Shown one piece after another: positions 48,225-60,584 of a stretch of 64,000 bases of DNA (position 1 is its first letter; each line of letters starts with the position of its first letter). Origin of the DNA: a bacterium (GTDB lineage: Bacteria > UBA8248); the NCBI GenBank assembly GCA_965203325.1, contig OZ241875.1, positions 1,472,001 through 1,536,000 on the forward strand. The letters run 5' to 3'. The notes under the pieces are model-generated. The model worked only from the letters and a program-made list of their open reading frames with translations. It was not told where the DNA came from and searched no databases. The position numbers and the translations under genes were made by a program.

Positions 48225-49553
48225 TCATACGCACGATTCACGCAAATCCACAAACCTTTTCGCCTTGAACGTCGTTCGCTCGAAAGAACCCGCGGGCAAA
48301 ACCTCCACCTCGGGCGTCACCAGGAGTTCCGACCTGAGCCTGTCGCGCAATTTATCGCCCAAGCCCGAGTTCGCCTCCCCCTCGGCGGCTTCGGCCACGA
48401 CGACGCAGCGGTCCCGCCCCGTCGATTCATCCGGGTGCAATTCCACGCGGAACTCGTTGCTGAGGCCTGCGAAACTCCGCACCACCTCTTCCACCTGGAT
48501 GGGATAGAACTTCGCCCCCTTGTAGATGACGAGATCGTCATGCCGCCCGAGAATCCCCCCGGGCGAGCGCAGGTGCGTTCTGCCGCAAGGGCTCGGGGAG
48601 CTGTCCACGCGCGCGAAATCGTTCGTCCAGTAGCGCAGCATGGGCGTGGCCTCGCGCGTGAGATGCGTGACGACGAGAATGCCCACCTCGCCCTCGGGCG
48701 TCGGTTTTTTCGTCTCGGGGTCGATCACCTCGATGATGTGGTGATCCTCCGCCCAGATGAGACCCGATTTCGCCACAGACTCGCTCGCGAAAGTCGGCCC
48801 GATCTCACCCAGCCCGTAATAATCATATGCGTCGACGCCGAGGGCGGCTTCGATACGAGAGCGCGTTGAGGGGTTCTGCGCGCCCGCCTCTCCGCCGAAA
48901 GAGCCGATTTTCAAAGGGATTTCACCGGGGTCCACGCCGCTCTCGGTGAGTTTTTCGCCGATGTACAGACCATAGCTCGGCGTGCTCAGGAGCACCGTGG
49001 AACCGATGGTGGTGAGATAGAGTATCTGCCGCTCCGTCATGGCGGCGCCGATGGGGATCACGAAACAACCGATCTTCTGCGTGGCGTAGTGCACACTCAT
49101 CCCGGCCACCCACAGGCCGTAGCTGAACGCGTTCTGGACGATGTCGCCCGGCCGCACGCCGAAACTCCACATCGTGCGCGCCGTGAAATCTGCGATGTTC
49201 TCGACGTCCGTCTTGCTCCAGATCGTACTCACGGGCACGCCGGTAGTCCCCGTGGAGGGGTGAAGCTCTCCCCACGTCGAAGGCTCGGCGACGGCGTATC
49301 GCCCGAAGGGCGGATGCGCTTGCTGCTCGTCTCTGAGTTCCTGCTTGGTGACGAAAGGAATTTTCTGCAGGTCGTCGAGGCTGCGAATCGAATCGGGTCC
49401 CAAGCCCGCCGCATCGAGGCGTTCGCGGTAGAATTCGGATTCCCGGTGGCAGCGGCGAACCTGCCACTTGAGCCGTTCGAGTTGCAGGGAGGCGAGTTCA
49501 TCGCGCGCCATGCGTTCGATGCGCCGATCCCAAAAATCGCCGTTATCCACCAT
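48225..49553 (-). CDS. Phenylacetate--CoA ligase family protein
   Basis: STGTTG.P, AFSYGLW, YGLGE, GRHDDL, KAKR. Confidence 0.88.
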   Translation of the reverse strand: MVDNGDFWDRRIERMARDELASLQLERLKWQVRRCHRESEFYRERLDAAGLGPDSIRSLDDLQKIPFVTKQELRDEQQAHPPFGRYAVAEPSTWGELHPSTGTTGVPVSTIWSKTDVENIADFTARTMWSFGVRPGDIVQNAFSYGLWVAGMSVHYATQKIGCFVIPIGAAMTERQILYLTTIGSTVLLSTPSYGLYIGEKLTESGVDPGEIPLKIGSFGGEAGAQNPSTRSRIEAALGVDAYDYYGLGEIGPTFASESVAKSGLIWAEDHHIIEVIDPETKKPTPEGEVGILVVTHLTREATPMLRYWTNDFARVDSSPSPCGRTHLRSPGGILGRHDDLVIYKGAKFYPIQVEEVVRSFAGLSNEFRVELHPDESTGRDRCVVVAEAAEGEANSGLGDKLRDRLRSELLVTPEVEVLPAGSFERTTFKAKRFVDLRESCV

Positions 49554-49745
49554 GGTCGCGGAACCTTATGGAGAAAGAATAAAAGCGAGCAAACCCGTCC
49601 CGCACCCCAAAACCCGTATTCAATTTGCTGACGAAAGTCCCGGAAAGAGACGCTAGAAAAAATAGCACACCGGAGAATGGCGCGCAAGAATACGTTTTTC
49701 AAAACAACTTCGTTTTACCGCCCTGCCGAGCGCAGCGGAGAAAAA

Positions 49746-51623
49746 CTAAAGGGTGATCGTGGTCCCCGCCGCCTGCGGGTCGTCGAGCGCGCCTGTGAGC
49801 GCCTCCATCACGCGGGCCGAGGGGGCGCGGCCCTCGAGATTCAGCATGAACCCGTCCATCAACTCCCGCCTCATCCAGCCGGCGAACACCGCCGCCTCGT
49901 CGAAATCCTCCGGACTCGCCTTCGCCTGCTCGAAGTCCTCGCTCAGGAATATCTCGTTTATCTTCTCTTCCAGGGTGCCAACGGGCGGGTCGCCCCGCTC
50001 GAAGGATATCTCATGAACGAGGAGTCCATCCTTGATGAAATAACAGTATCTCTCCTCGCGCGTCTGCCCGGGTTCGACGATGATGAGCCTTCTCCTCTCG
50101 ACGGACGGTCCCGAAAGGGCGTACATCTTCACCAGATGATGAAGACGAGCGATACGGCGCCTCAGTTTGCCGGGCGAAAGGACCTCCTCTCCCCAGGCCC
50201 TATTGAGAAGGGAGAATATGCCCTCATCCTCTTTCGGGAGACGACCCTCCAGGATGTCCATCAAAGTCTCGAACAACTCCGCATATTCCGAATCCGGCAG
50301 TCGGGGCGGTCTTTTGCCGCCCCGGAACCCGCCGCGCTTTTTGGCGTTGCGATTCCCCTCCGGCGCTTCACAGGGGAGCGGGAAGGCCGCGCCAATGGCC
50401 TCCAGCAAATCGGCGAGCTGCGCTTTTTTCCGAAACGGGCCATAGTAGCGCGCGCCGTCGCGAGCGAGACGGGATACGAAGGACACGCCGGGCCGTGCGA
50501 CGCCCGCCGAGAGCCTCAAAAAACCCCCGCCCGCCACGGAGAGGTTCCCGTTGATGAGACTCGCTTTTCGCATCGCCCGAAAGGCCTCGACGTTCATGGC
50601 CAGTTCGCTTCGCAGGCTCTTGGCCTCCACGCGGCGCACGCCCTTGAGCCTGAGGGCGAATCGGCCCGCGGAGCGGTTCTTGGGGTAGAACATATCCCGC
50701 ACCGCCCGCCGTATGTCGTTGGCCTTGCCCGCGAACACCAGCCTTTCGTCCTTGTCGTACAGACGAAAAACGCCGCGTTCCCGAGGGAGAGATTCAATCT
50801 TCGCCGGGTCGAGCCGAATCCCCTCCGCCATCGGTGGAGGAACGCCCTCGTCGGGTTGTTGAAACTCGAGCAGGGATTCGAGGCTCTCCAATCCCAGAAG
50901 CCGGCCCATCTGCATGAAGCGGACCAATATCTGCGCCGTCGCCTCGGCGTCGCTCAAGGCGCGGTGCCTTCCCGCCTCCGTATCGGGAAGTCCCAGCGAC
51001 GCGCTCAATTCTCCCAGATTGAAGCGTTTTTGACGCGGCAGAAGCCGGTTCGCCAATTCAAACGTGCAAAGAACCGGAGGCGAAAAATCGCGCTCCAAGA
51101 ACTCTTGCGCGTAGTACTGAAGAAAATGGAGGTCGAAAGTCGCGCAATGGGCGACGAACACGCAACCGTCGATGAAATCCAGAAATCCGGGCAGCGCTTC
51201 CATCAGTCCCGGTTTGTCCGCCACCATGGCGTCGGTGATGCCCGTCAGGCGAACGACGTTCCAGGGGATCTCACGGGCCGGGTTGACCAGGAAGTCGCAG
51301 GAATCCACCACTTCACCCGCGCGAACCTTGACGGCGGCCAACTCCGTGATGCGGTGCTGGGGGGGGCGTCCGCCCGTGGTCTCGATATCGACGACGGCGA
51401 AGGTGGTATCGGGAAGATGCGGGCGGGAGAGCAATCGGGCGGCCTCTTCCGCGCTCATAGGGTCGCTCTTTCCGTTCCCGGCGCTTTGCTCAAGGAGAGG
51501 TCCCAGGATACCGAAGGCCGCCGAATCATCTATCTCTTTGAGATTCAAGGCGTTGCGTACATATTGATATGCGGCGGATTCTTGAATCGTCACCCGTTTC
51601 TCTTGCGTCGTTTTCTGAGCCAT
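49746..51623 (-). CDS. DEDDh 3'-5' exonuclease (DnaQ-like) fused to a degenerate GIY-YIG/UvrC-like domain
   Basis: VVDIETTG, AHCATFD, HRALSDA; LPRERGVF...FAGKANDIRR, YGPF. Confidence 0.82.
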   Translation of the reverse strand: MAQKTTQEKRVTIQESAAYQYVRNALNLKEIDDSAAFGILGPLLEQSAGNGKSDPMSAEEAARLLSRPHLPDTTFAVVDIETTGGRPPQHRITELAAVKVRAGEVVDSCDFLVNPAREIPWNVVRLTGITDAMVADKPGLMEALPGFLDFIDGCVFVAHCATFDLHFLQYYAQEFLERDFSPPVLCTFELANRLLPRQKRFNLGELSASLGLPDTEAGRHRALSDAEATAQILVRFMQMGRLLGLESLESLLEFQQPDEGVPPPMAEGIRLDPAKIESLPRERGVFRLYDKDERLVFAGKANDIRRAVRDMFYPKNRSAGRFALRLKGVRRVEAKSLRSELAMNVEAFRAMRKASLINGNLSVAGGGFLRLSAGVARPGVSFVSRLARDGARYYGPFRKKAQLADLLEAIGAAFPLPCEAPEGNRNAKKRGGFRGGKRPPRLPDSEYAELFETLMDILEGRLPKEDEGIFSLLNRAWGEEVLSPGKLRRRIARLHHLVKMYALSGPSVERRRLIIVEPGQTREERYCYFIKDGLLVHEISFERGDPPVGTLEEKINEIFLSEDFEQAKASPEDFDEAAVFAGWMRRELMDGFMLNLEGRAPSARVMEALTGALDDPQAAGTTITL

Positions 51624-51786
51624 CAACTCGCGCTTTTGTGAAGACATGGGTCGTGAGTCGAACAATATGACCCAAATGTAGCAGAAAGCGAATGAGGATC
51701 ATAGTCCGTTACCCGCCAGCTCGTTCACCATCCGCGTCTGTTTTGGTATAACCCAAAGGCATGGTCTTTTCCTGAGGAGAGCAGCC

Positions 51787-52221
51787 TTGTTCGGAAGCAT
51801 CGGAATGACGGAGTTGATCGTGATCATGGTGGTCGCCCTGATCGTCATCGGACCCAAGCGTCTGCCGGAACTGGCCCGCACGCTCGGCAAGGCCCTGGGG
51901 GATTTCAAGCGCGCGACGTCGGATTTTCAGAACAGCTTCAGCATGGAAGACGACTACGATCTCGACGTCCTCGATGAGGAAGCAAAGGAAAAGGATAAAA
52001 AAGCGAGCGGCGAGGAATCAGACGAAGACGCCGACGGCGAAGACCACGACGAGGAAAAGAGCGGCGCGGCGGAGCAGACCGCCGAAACGGACCAGATCGA
52101 GACGGACGAACCCACGCCGGAGGAGGGCGAGGCCGCGCCTGAGGTGGAGGCCGCCGCCACGGAGAGCGAAGCGGCCGAGGACAAGACCGGGGCCGAGCGA
52201 GAGGACGACAAGCAGACGTGA
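51787..52221 (+). CDS. tatB: Twin-arginine translocase TatA/TatB subunit
   Basis: ELIVIMVVALIVIGPKRLPELARTLG, acidic tail, upstream of tatC. Confidence 0.85.
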   Translation: MFGSIGMTELIVIMVVALIVIGPKRLPELARTLGKALGDFKRATSDFQNSFSMEDDYDLDVLDEEAKEKDKKASGEESDEDADGEDHDEEKSGAAEQTAETDQIETDEPTPEEGEAAPEVEAAATESEAAEDKTGAEREDDKQT

Positions 52222-52985
52222 GCGGCGAATCATCCATGCCCCTCACCGGGCACCTGACAGAGTTGCGCAACAGAATACTCTACATCCTGGGCACGATTCT
52301 CGTCGTGTTCGTGGGCGCCTATTATTTTTCGGGTGAACTGCTGACCTTCATGCAGCGCCCCATCGCCGATCAGAAACTCGTTTTCCTCTCACCGACGGAA
52401 GCGTTCTTCGCGCACATCAAGGTCTCGTTTTTCTGTTCGGTCTTCATCAGCCTGCCCATCATCCTGTTTCAGATTTGGCGCTTCTGCGCCCCCGGGCTCC
52501 TGGACCGGGAGAAACGCTACATCGTACCCTTCGTGTTCTTCTCGACGCTGAGCTTCATCGTGGGCGCCCTTTTCTGCTACTTCCTGATTCTGCCTTACGG
52601 CCTTGCCTTTCTGCTGAGCTTCGCCACCGAATCCCTGACGCCACAGATTTCGATTGGCTTTTACATCTCCTTCGCCTTCAAGCTTATCTTTACGTTCGGC
52701 CTGGTGTTCGAGGTGCCGATCGTCACCATTCTGCTCGTGCAAATCGGCGTCATCACGCCCGATTTCCTCTCGAAAAACCGCGGGTACGTCATCGTCGGCG
52801 CATTCGTCATGTCCGCTTTGCTCACGCCGCCCGACGTGGTGACGCAGGTGTTCCTCGCAGGCCCCGTCATCGTGCTGTTCGAGATCAGCATCATCGTCTC
52901 GAAAATCATCATGAGGCGAAAGAAAAAACGCCAGGAGGATTGGGAGAAGGAATGGGAAGACGACGAGGACGATGATTCGGATTAG
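52218..52985 (+). CDS. tatC: Twin-arginine translocase TatC
   Basis: HLTELR, SPTEAF, QIWRF.APGL, FEVP, LTPPD. Confidence 0.95.
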   Translation: MSGESSMPLTGHLTELRNRILYILGTILVVFVGAYYFSGELLTFMQRPIADQKLVFLSPTEAFFAHIKVSFFCSVFISLPIILFQIWRFCAPGLLDREKRYIVPFVFFSTLSFIVGALFCYFLILPYGLAFLLSFATESLTPQISIGFYISFAFKLIFTFGLVFEVPIVTILLVQIGVITPDFLSKNRGYVIVGAFVMSALLTPPDVVTQVFLAGPVIVLFEISIIVSKIIMRRKKKRQEDWEKEWEDDEDDDSD

Positions 52986-53010
52986 GGGTTTGGCGAACAC
53001 CCCGCCCCTG

Positions 53011-53464
53011 GAGGCCGTTGAAAAAGCCTCTCGATGCGGGAAAACCACCGTCATTCCGACGAAAGCCGGAATCCATTTTATGATTTTTGCTTTCGTTTTC
53101 GCATTTGACTCCGACTCGCGGGAGGGAGCGTCGCGCCCGAATCCGGAACGAATGAGGCGGATATATATGGCGGCGTCCGTATCTTCCCCGGTCGGGAGAG
53201 AGGACATCCGGGCGAAAGACCAAAAGCAAAGGCAAAATCAAAATGGATTCCGGCTTTCGCCGGAATGACGATCAAAACAAAAAGGCGGGCGGACGCCGCG
53301 GTTGCGAAATGACGGCGTCGTGCGGCTTACGTATTGCCCGTAGGGACAGGCCTCCGTGCCTGTCCGATATCCGACAAAGGACAACCACGGAGGGCAGGAC
53401 AACCCCGATAAGGGGTTGTCCCTACGGATCGAACCCGCTACTGAGGGACTTTTTAACACCCCTC
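53011..53464. repeat. Composite palindromic repeat cluster (CGTC-type and GTAG-type REP doublets inside imperfect terminal inverted repeats)
   Basis: CGTCATTCCGACGAAAGCCGGAATCCATTTT (53049) / AAAATGGATTCCGGCTTTCGCCGGAATGACG (to 53270); GTAGGGACAGGC..GCCTGTCC / GGACAACCCC..GGGGTTGTCCCTAC; ends GAGGCCGTTGAAAAAG / CTTTTTAACACCCCTC. Confidence 0.8.
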
Positions 53465-53607
53465 CTGGTGACGAATCCCTCCCGCAGACGCGAATAAGGA
53501 GGCACTCTTGAATTCCCCGGACCCCCGCGCCGAGTTGTTCCCCGCCAACAGAATCATCCGCGCGCAGCCCGTTGCCCGCGCACAAGCCGGGTGATCACCG
53601 ATTCGCC

Positions 53608-53889
53608 ATGAAAGAAGAGACGCGGCGGATTCGCCTCATCATCCGGGGCCGGGTGCAGGGCGTATGGTACCGGGGCAGCGCGCAGGAGGTCGCCCGCGAA
53701 CTCGGCCTCACCGGATGGGTGAGAAACTTGGGCGACGGGAGCGTGGAACTGGTCGCAGAAGGCGAGAGTTCCGCGCTCGAAACCCTCAAGGCCTGGTGTA
53801 AGGAGGGACCGCCGGCGGCGAGAGTCCATGAAATTTCCGAAGAAGAGATGACGCCTTGCGGGGAGCCGGCCACGTTCGAGGTGCGCTGA
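53608..53889 (+). CDS. acyP: Acylphosphatase
   Basis: GRVQGVWYR, GWVRN..DGSVE..AEG, GPP.ARV. Confidence 0.92.
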   Translation: MKEETRRIRLIIRGRVQGVWYRGSAQEVARELGLTGWVRNLGDGSVELVAEGESSALETLKAWCKEGPPAARVHEISEEEMTPCGEPATFEVR

Positions 53890-53891
53890 AA

Positions 53892-54791
53892 CTAGATGCC
53901 CGCAAACCCCGTCCAGAAGATGAGGTAGGAGGAAATGGCGTTCAGGTAGTTCGAGATCAGCAAAACGCCCACCAGCAACAACATGGCGCTGCTCGCGATT
54001 TCGACGCCACGGAAATAGAGCCGAAACGACTGATAGAACCGGAAGAAAAAACCCACGCACAGTCCGCTCAAGAGAAACGGAATGCCCAGACCTGCGGAAT
54101 AGCTCGCCAGCAGAACGACCCCCTGGCCTGCGGTTTGCTGCGTGCCTGCGAACAGGAGGATGCTCCCCAGAATCGGGCCGACGCAGGGCGTCCAGCCGGC
54201 GGCGAAGGTGACGCCGACCAGCATGCTGCCGAGCCAGCCGGCGGGTTTGCTCTTCAGCATGATGCGGTTCTCGGAGGAGAGGACGGGCGCGAAAACCGCC
54301 ACGAACACATACAGGGCGACCGCCGCGAGCACTCCTCCCAATGTGGGATAGCCCATTTGCAGACCCGCCAGGCCCGCCAGGAAAACCAGGGCGGCGAAAG
54401 CGCCGCTCACGCCGATCGGTTTATCGATAAAGAATCTTTGGCCCCTGAAATCAAAGGCCCTGTCGCCGACGTAGAGGCCGAACATGGTGATCAGGACGCC
54501 GCCCAGCAGCCTGATGTGATCCTGGTATTGAAACAGGATATTCCCCACAAAGGACACGCTGGCGCCCAGGATGACGAAGACGAGAGAAAACCCCGCCACG
54601 AAGAACAGGGAATTCACCAGGATGACGCCTCGAACGCGGGCGGCTTCTCCGCTCTCTCTTATTTCCTCGTAGGACAAGCCCGTCAGATAGGAAAGATAAC
54701 TGGGAACCAGCGGGAGGATGCACGGGGAGGCGAAACTCAGCACCCCCGCCGCGAAAGCCAGACTCAAGGACACTTCTTCCGGGGCCATCAT
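53892..54791 (-). CDS. ccdA: Cytochrome c biogenesis protein CcdA
   Basis: SFASPCILPLVP.Y and GWTPCVGPILG. Confidence 0.88.
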   Translation of the reverse strand: MMAPEEVSLSLAFAAGVLSFASPCILPLVPSYLSYLTGLSYEEIRESGEAARVRGVILVNSLFFVAGFSLVFVILGASVSFVGNILFQYQDHIRLLGGVLITMFGLYVGDRAFDFRGQRFFIDKPIGVSGAFAALVFLAGLAGLQMGYPTLGGVLAAVALYVFVAVFAPVLSSENRIMLKSKPAGWLGSMLVGVTFAAGWTPCVGPILGSILLFAGTQQTAGQGVVLLASYSAGLGIPFLLSGLCVGFFFRFYQSFRLYFRGVEIASSAMLLLVGVLLISNYLNAISSYLIFWTGFAGI

Positions 54792-54918
54792 TTTCCTCTA
54801 TCAAGATCGACGGCGGCCATGCGGGTGATTCGGTCGGATATATCGAATCCAGACAAACTATCCTATCACAGTGACAATCAGAGGCGGGCTAAAATTCCCG
54901 GGATGGAGAAATTCCGAA

Positions 54919-57523
<2,605 letters not shown>

Positions 57524-57527
<4 letters not shown>

Positions 57528-59128
57528 GAAAAGCCCAACCTGACGAGGCAGGCGTCATAGACGTGGGGAATGGCGCGAACGTCTTCCATGACGGGCTCGG
57601 GCACCGGATCGTCGAGTATCAGGACGGCGACGGCCATATCGTGCTGCCATACTCGCCCCAACTGCATGCCGGCGATGTTGATGTTGTGATTCCCCAGCAG
57701 GGTGCCGATCTTGCCGATCATGCCGGGCCGGTCTTCGTTGCGGAATATGAGGAGATAGCCCCTGAGCGCCACGTCGACCGAATAGTCGTCTATGCGAACG
57801 ATTCTGGGGTCGTTCTTCCGCAGAAAAGTTCCCGCCACGGAGCGCTCGCCCGAGTCGGTCTTCACGCGAAGCTCGATCAGGTCCGTATATAGCAGATTCT
57901 CCGTTTGAGTCGTCGTCCTCACCTCGATGCCGCGCTCTTTCGCGAGCAGGAGCCCGTTCACCATGTTCACGCGGACGCTCGAGAGGAAACGCCCCAGCAT
58001 CCCCTTGATGGCCGAGGCGGCCAGCGCTCTCATGGGCATGTCGATCGATCCGCCGTAGACGACCTCGAGGGTCTGCAATCCCCCGCCCGCGAGTTGGGCC
58101 AGAAAATCGCCCAGGCGATCGGCCAGATCCAGATGGGGGCCGATTTGCTCCAGCATCTCGGGGCTCAGGGAAGGCAGGTTCACGGCGTGTCCCACCACCC
58201 CTTCGGTCAGATACGCCACGACCTGTTTCGCCACGCTCATGGCTACGTTTTCCTGGGCTTCCGCGGTAGATGCCCCCAGATGCGGCGTGCAGACGACGTC
58301 GTCGCGCCCGATGAGCGGATCGTCCGGGTCGGGGGGTTCCTGTTGGTATACGTCCACCGCCGCGCCTCCGACCTTCCCGCTGTCGAGCGCCTCGGCCAGC
58401 GCCACCTCGTTTATCAGCCCCCCGCGCGCGCAGTTGATGATGCGAACGCCGTCGCGCATCTGGGCGATTTCCGCAGCGCCGATCAGGTTCCCCGTCTCCG
58501 TGTTCTTCGGCACGTGCAGGGTGATGTAGTCGGATTTGGCCAGAAGCTCCTCGAAATCCACCGGGTTCACCCCGCGCTGGGAGAGCACTTCGGCGGAGAT
58601 GTATGGATCGAAGGCGAGGACGTTCATGCCCAGGTTGCGGGCGAACGTCGCCGTCTGCGAACCCACGCGCCCCATGCCCACGACGCCCAGTGTTTTAGAA
58701 GATAGCTCGCTGCCCACGAAGCGGTTTCGCTCCCATTTCCCTCCCTTGAGGGAGGAGACGGCCGAGGGAATCTTGCGCGCCAGCGAGAACATCATGGCGA
58801 TGGTGTGCTCCGCCGTGGTGATGACGTTGCCGTCGGGCGCGTTCACCACCAGAATGCCGCGCATGCTGGCGGCTTCGAGGTCCACGTTGTCCACGCCAAT
58901 CCCTGCGCGCGCGACCATCTTGAGCGTATCCCCGGCACCCATCAGTTCATCATCCACCTGCGTGCCGCTCCGGACGATGAGCGCGTCGGTTGTCTTCACG
59001 GCCTCGAGAATTTCTTCCCGCGAGGAGGCGGTGCGGTCGAGGACTTCAAAGCCCTGCTGGTCCTCGAGTATCTCGTGCGCCCTCGGCGAGATCGGCTCGG
59101 CAATCAGAACTCGAAACGTCTGGTTCAT
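57524..59128 (-). CDS. serA: D-3-phosphoglycerate dehydrogenase
   Basis: RAGIGVDN, G.GRVG, NCARGG, TPHLGAST.EAQ, ASB plus ACT domains. Confidence 0.95.
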
Positions 59129-60264
59129 TCGTTGAACACCTCTTGCGCTGCGGCGAGGCCGCGCCCTCTATCCAGTGAAAAGCCCAGATCGGCCAGGGTC
59201 GATTCCAGCGCGCCGACCGCCGCCAGCACGTCGGAGGAATCGACATACCCCAGATGCCCGATCCGGAAAATCTTGCCGCTCAGGCCGCCCTGCCCCCCGG
59301 CGATGGTCACCCCGTGCGCATCCTGCATCCTGCCGGGGACGGCTTTTCCGTCGACTCCCTCGGGTACGCAGACGGCGGTGACGGCCTCACTCCTCAAGTC
59401 GCGGGGGAATATGGCGAGGCCCATCGCTTCAACAGCCGCTCCCGTCGCCCGCGCCAGAAGCGCATGGCGCGCGAAGACGTTCTCCAGCCCCTCCTCGCGC
59501 ATCATGTCGAGCGCGACCGACAGGCCCGCCAGAAGGGAGATCGCAGGCGTCCAAGCGGTGGTGTTCTTCATCTGGCTCTTGCGCTCGATCTCGAGGTCGA
59601 AATAATACCGGGGCGAAGTCGATTCCGCGGCGGCGCGCCGGGCCCGCTCGCTCAGCCAGACGAAGGCCAGCCCCGGCGGGAGCATGAGCGCCTTCTGGCT
59701 CCCCGTGATCACGGCGTCCAGGTCCCATTCATCGGTCTTGAGGTCGTACACGCCCAAGGCGGTGATGGCGTCCACCACCACGAGCGTATCGGGCGACCGC
59801 TCTCGCACAAGCTTCGCAACGGCCTGCACGTCGTGCTTGGACCCAGTGGAGGTTTCGCTCGCCTGCATCAGCAGCGCCTTGTGCCCTCCGCGCTCCAGGC
59901 GCGCCTCCAGGGCACCTAGGTCGACCGAACGGCCCCATTCCACCTCCAGGACGTCCGCCTTTACGCGAAAGGCCTCGCAAAGCTCCGTCCATCGCTCCCC
60001 GAATTTGCCGCCCTCGATGACGAGCGCCGAATCGCCCGGAGAGAGCAGGTTCGCCACCGCCGCCTCCATGCCGCCCGTACCCGAAGCGGCGAGGGTGATG
60101 ACGTCGCCGCTCGTCTGGAAGAGCCATTCGAGGCCGCGCCGCGCTCCTTCGAAGTGCGCCTCGAACTCTCTGGTGCGATGGTGGATCAGGGGCCGCGCCA
60201 TGGCTTCGAGCACCCGGTGGGGGACCGGCGTGGGGCCGGGGGCCATGAGGTGGTGCTTGTTCAT
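59125..60264 (-). CDS. Class V aminotransferase (serine-pyruvate/phosphoserine aminotransferase-like)
   Basis: PGPTPV, SGTGGME, ETSTG, GSQKALMLPPG, FRIGHLG; coupled to serA. Confidence 0.9.
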   Translation of the reverse strand: MNKHHLMAPGPTPVPHRVLEAMARPLIHHRTREFEAHFEGARRGLEWLFQTSGDVITLAASGTGGMEAAVANLLSPGDSALVIEGGKFGERWTELCEAFRVKADVLEVEWGRSVDLGALEARLERGGHKALLMQASETSTGSKHDVQAVAKLVRERSPDTLVVVDAITALGVYDLKTDEWDLDAVITGSQKALMLPPGLAFVWLSERARRAAAESTSPRYYFDLEIERKSQMKNTTAWTPAISLLAGLSVALDMMREEGLENVFARHALLARATGAAVEAMGLAIFPRDLRSEAVTAVCVPEGVDGKAVPGRMQDAHGVTIAGGQGGLSGKIFRIGHLGYVDSSDVLAAVGALESTLADLGFSLDRGRGLAAAQEVFNE

Positions 60265-60386
60265 TTCTGCTCTTTCCCTGATGTCTGTCGTAGCGGGCGA
60301 ACACGTGACCATACGCCTCAAAGGATATACCACTCCCCGCCAAACCCCTCAAGCGATGTTCATGCCGCCCGTTTTCGTGGGGGTTT

Positions 60387-60411
60387 GTAGGGGCCGCATA
60401 TATGCGGCCCT
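60387..60411. repeat. GTAG-type REP palindrome
   Basis: GTAGGGGCCGCATATATGCGGCCC. Confidence 0.85.
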
Positions 60412-60584
60412 TGCGGGTCGGATCGTCAAGCCGTCGTAAAACCCATCCAGGAATTGCGCCGTTAGACGGGACGGAACTATCAATGGCGAAAACCACTCTG
60501 CGCGGGACGATGGGATGGACGCCTCCTTCCGGCAGTTTAGAATGTGGCGAGGTAACGTCACACACCGCCCGGAAGGAGACGACC

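Noticed and set aside
53892..54791. CcdA longer than usual, with extra central hydrophobic segments
   Set aside because: Both catalytic PC motifs are intact; probably a lineage-specific insertion of little consequence.
60402..60584. N-terminal extension of the transposase in the ORF track
   Set aside because: It crosses the IS left end; the real start is ATG 60585 after the AAGGAG RBS.
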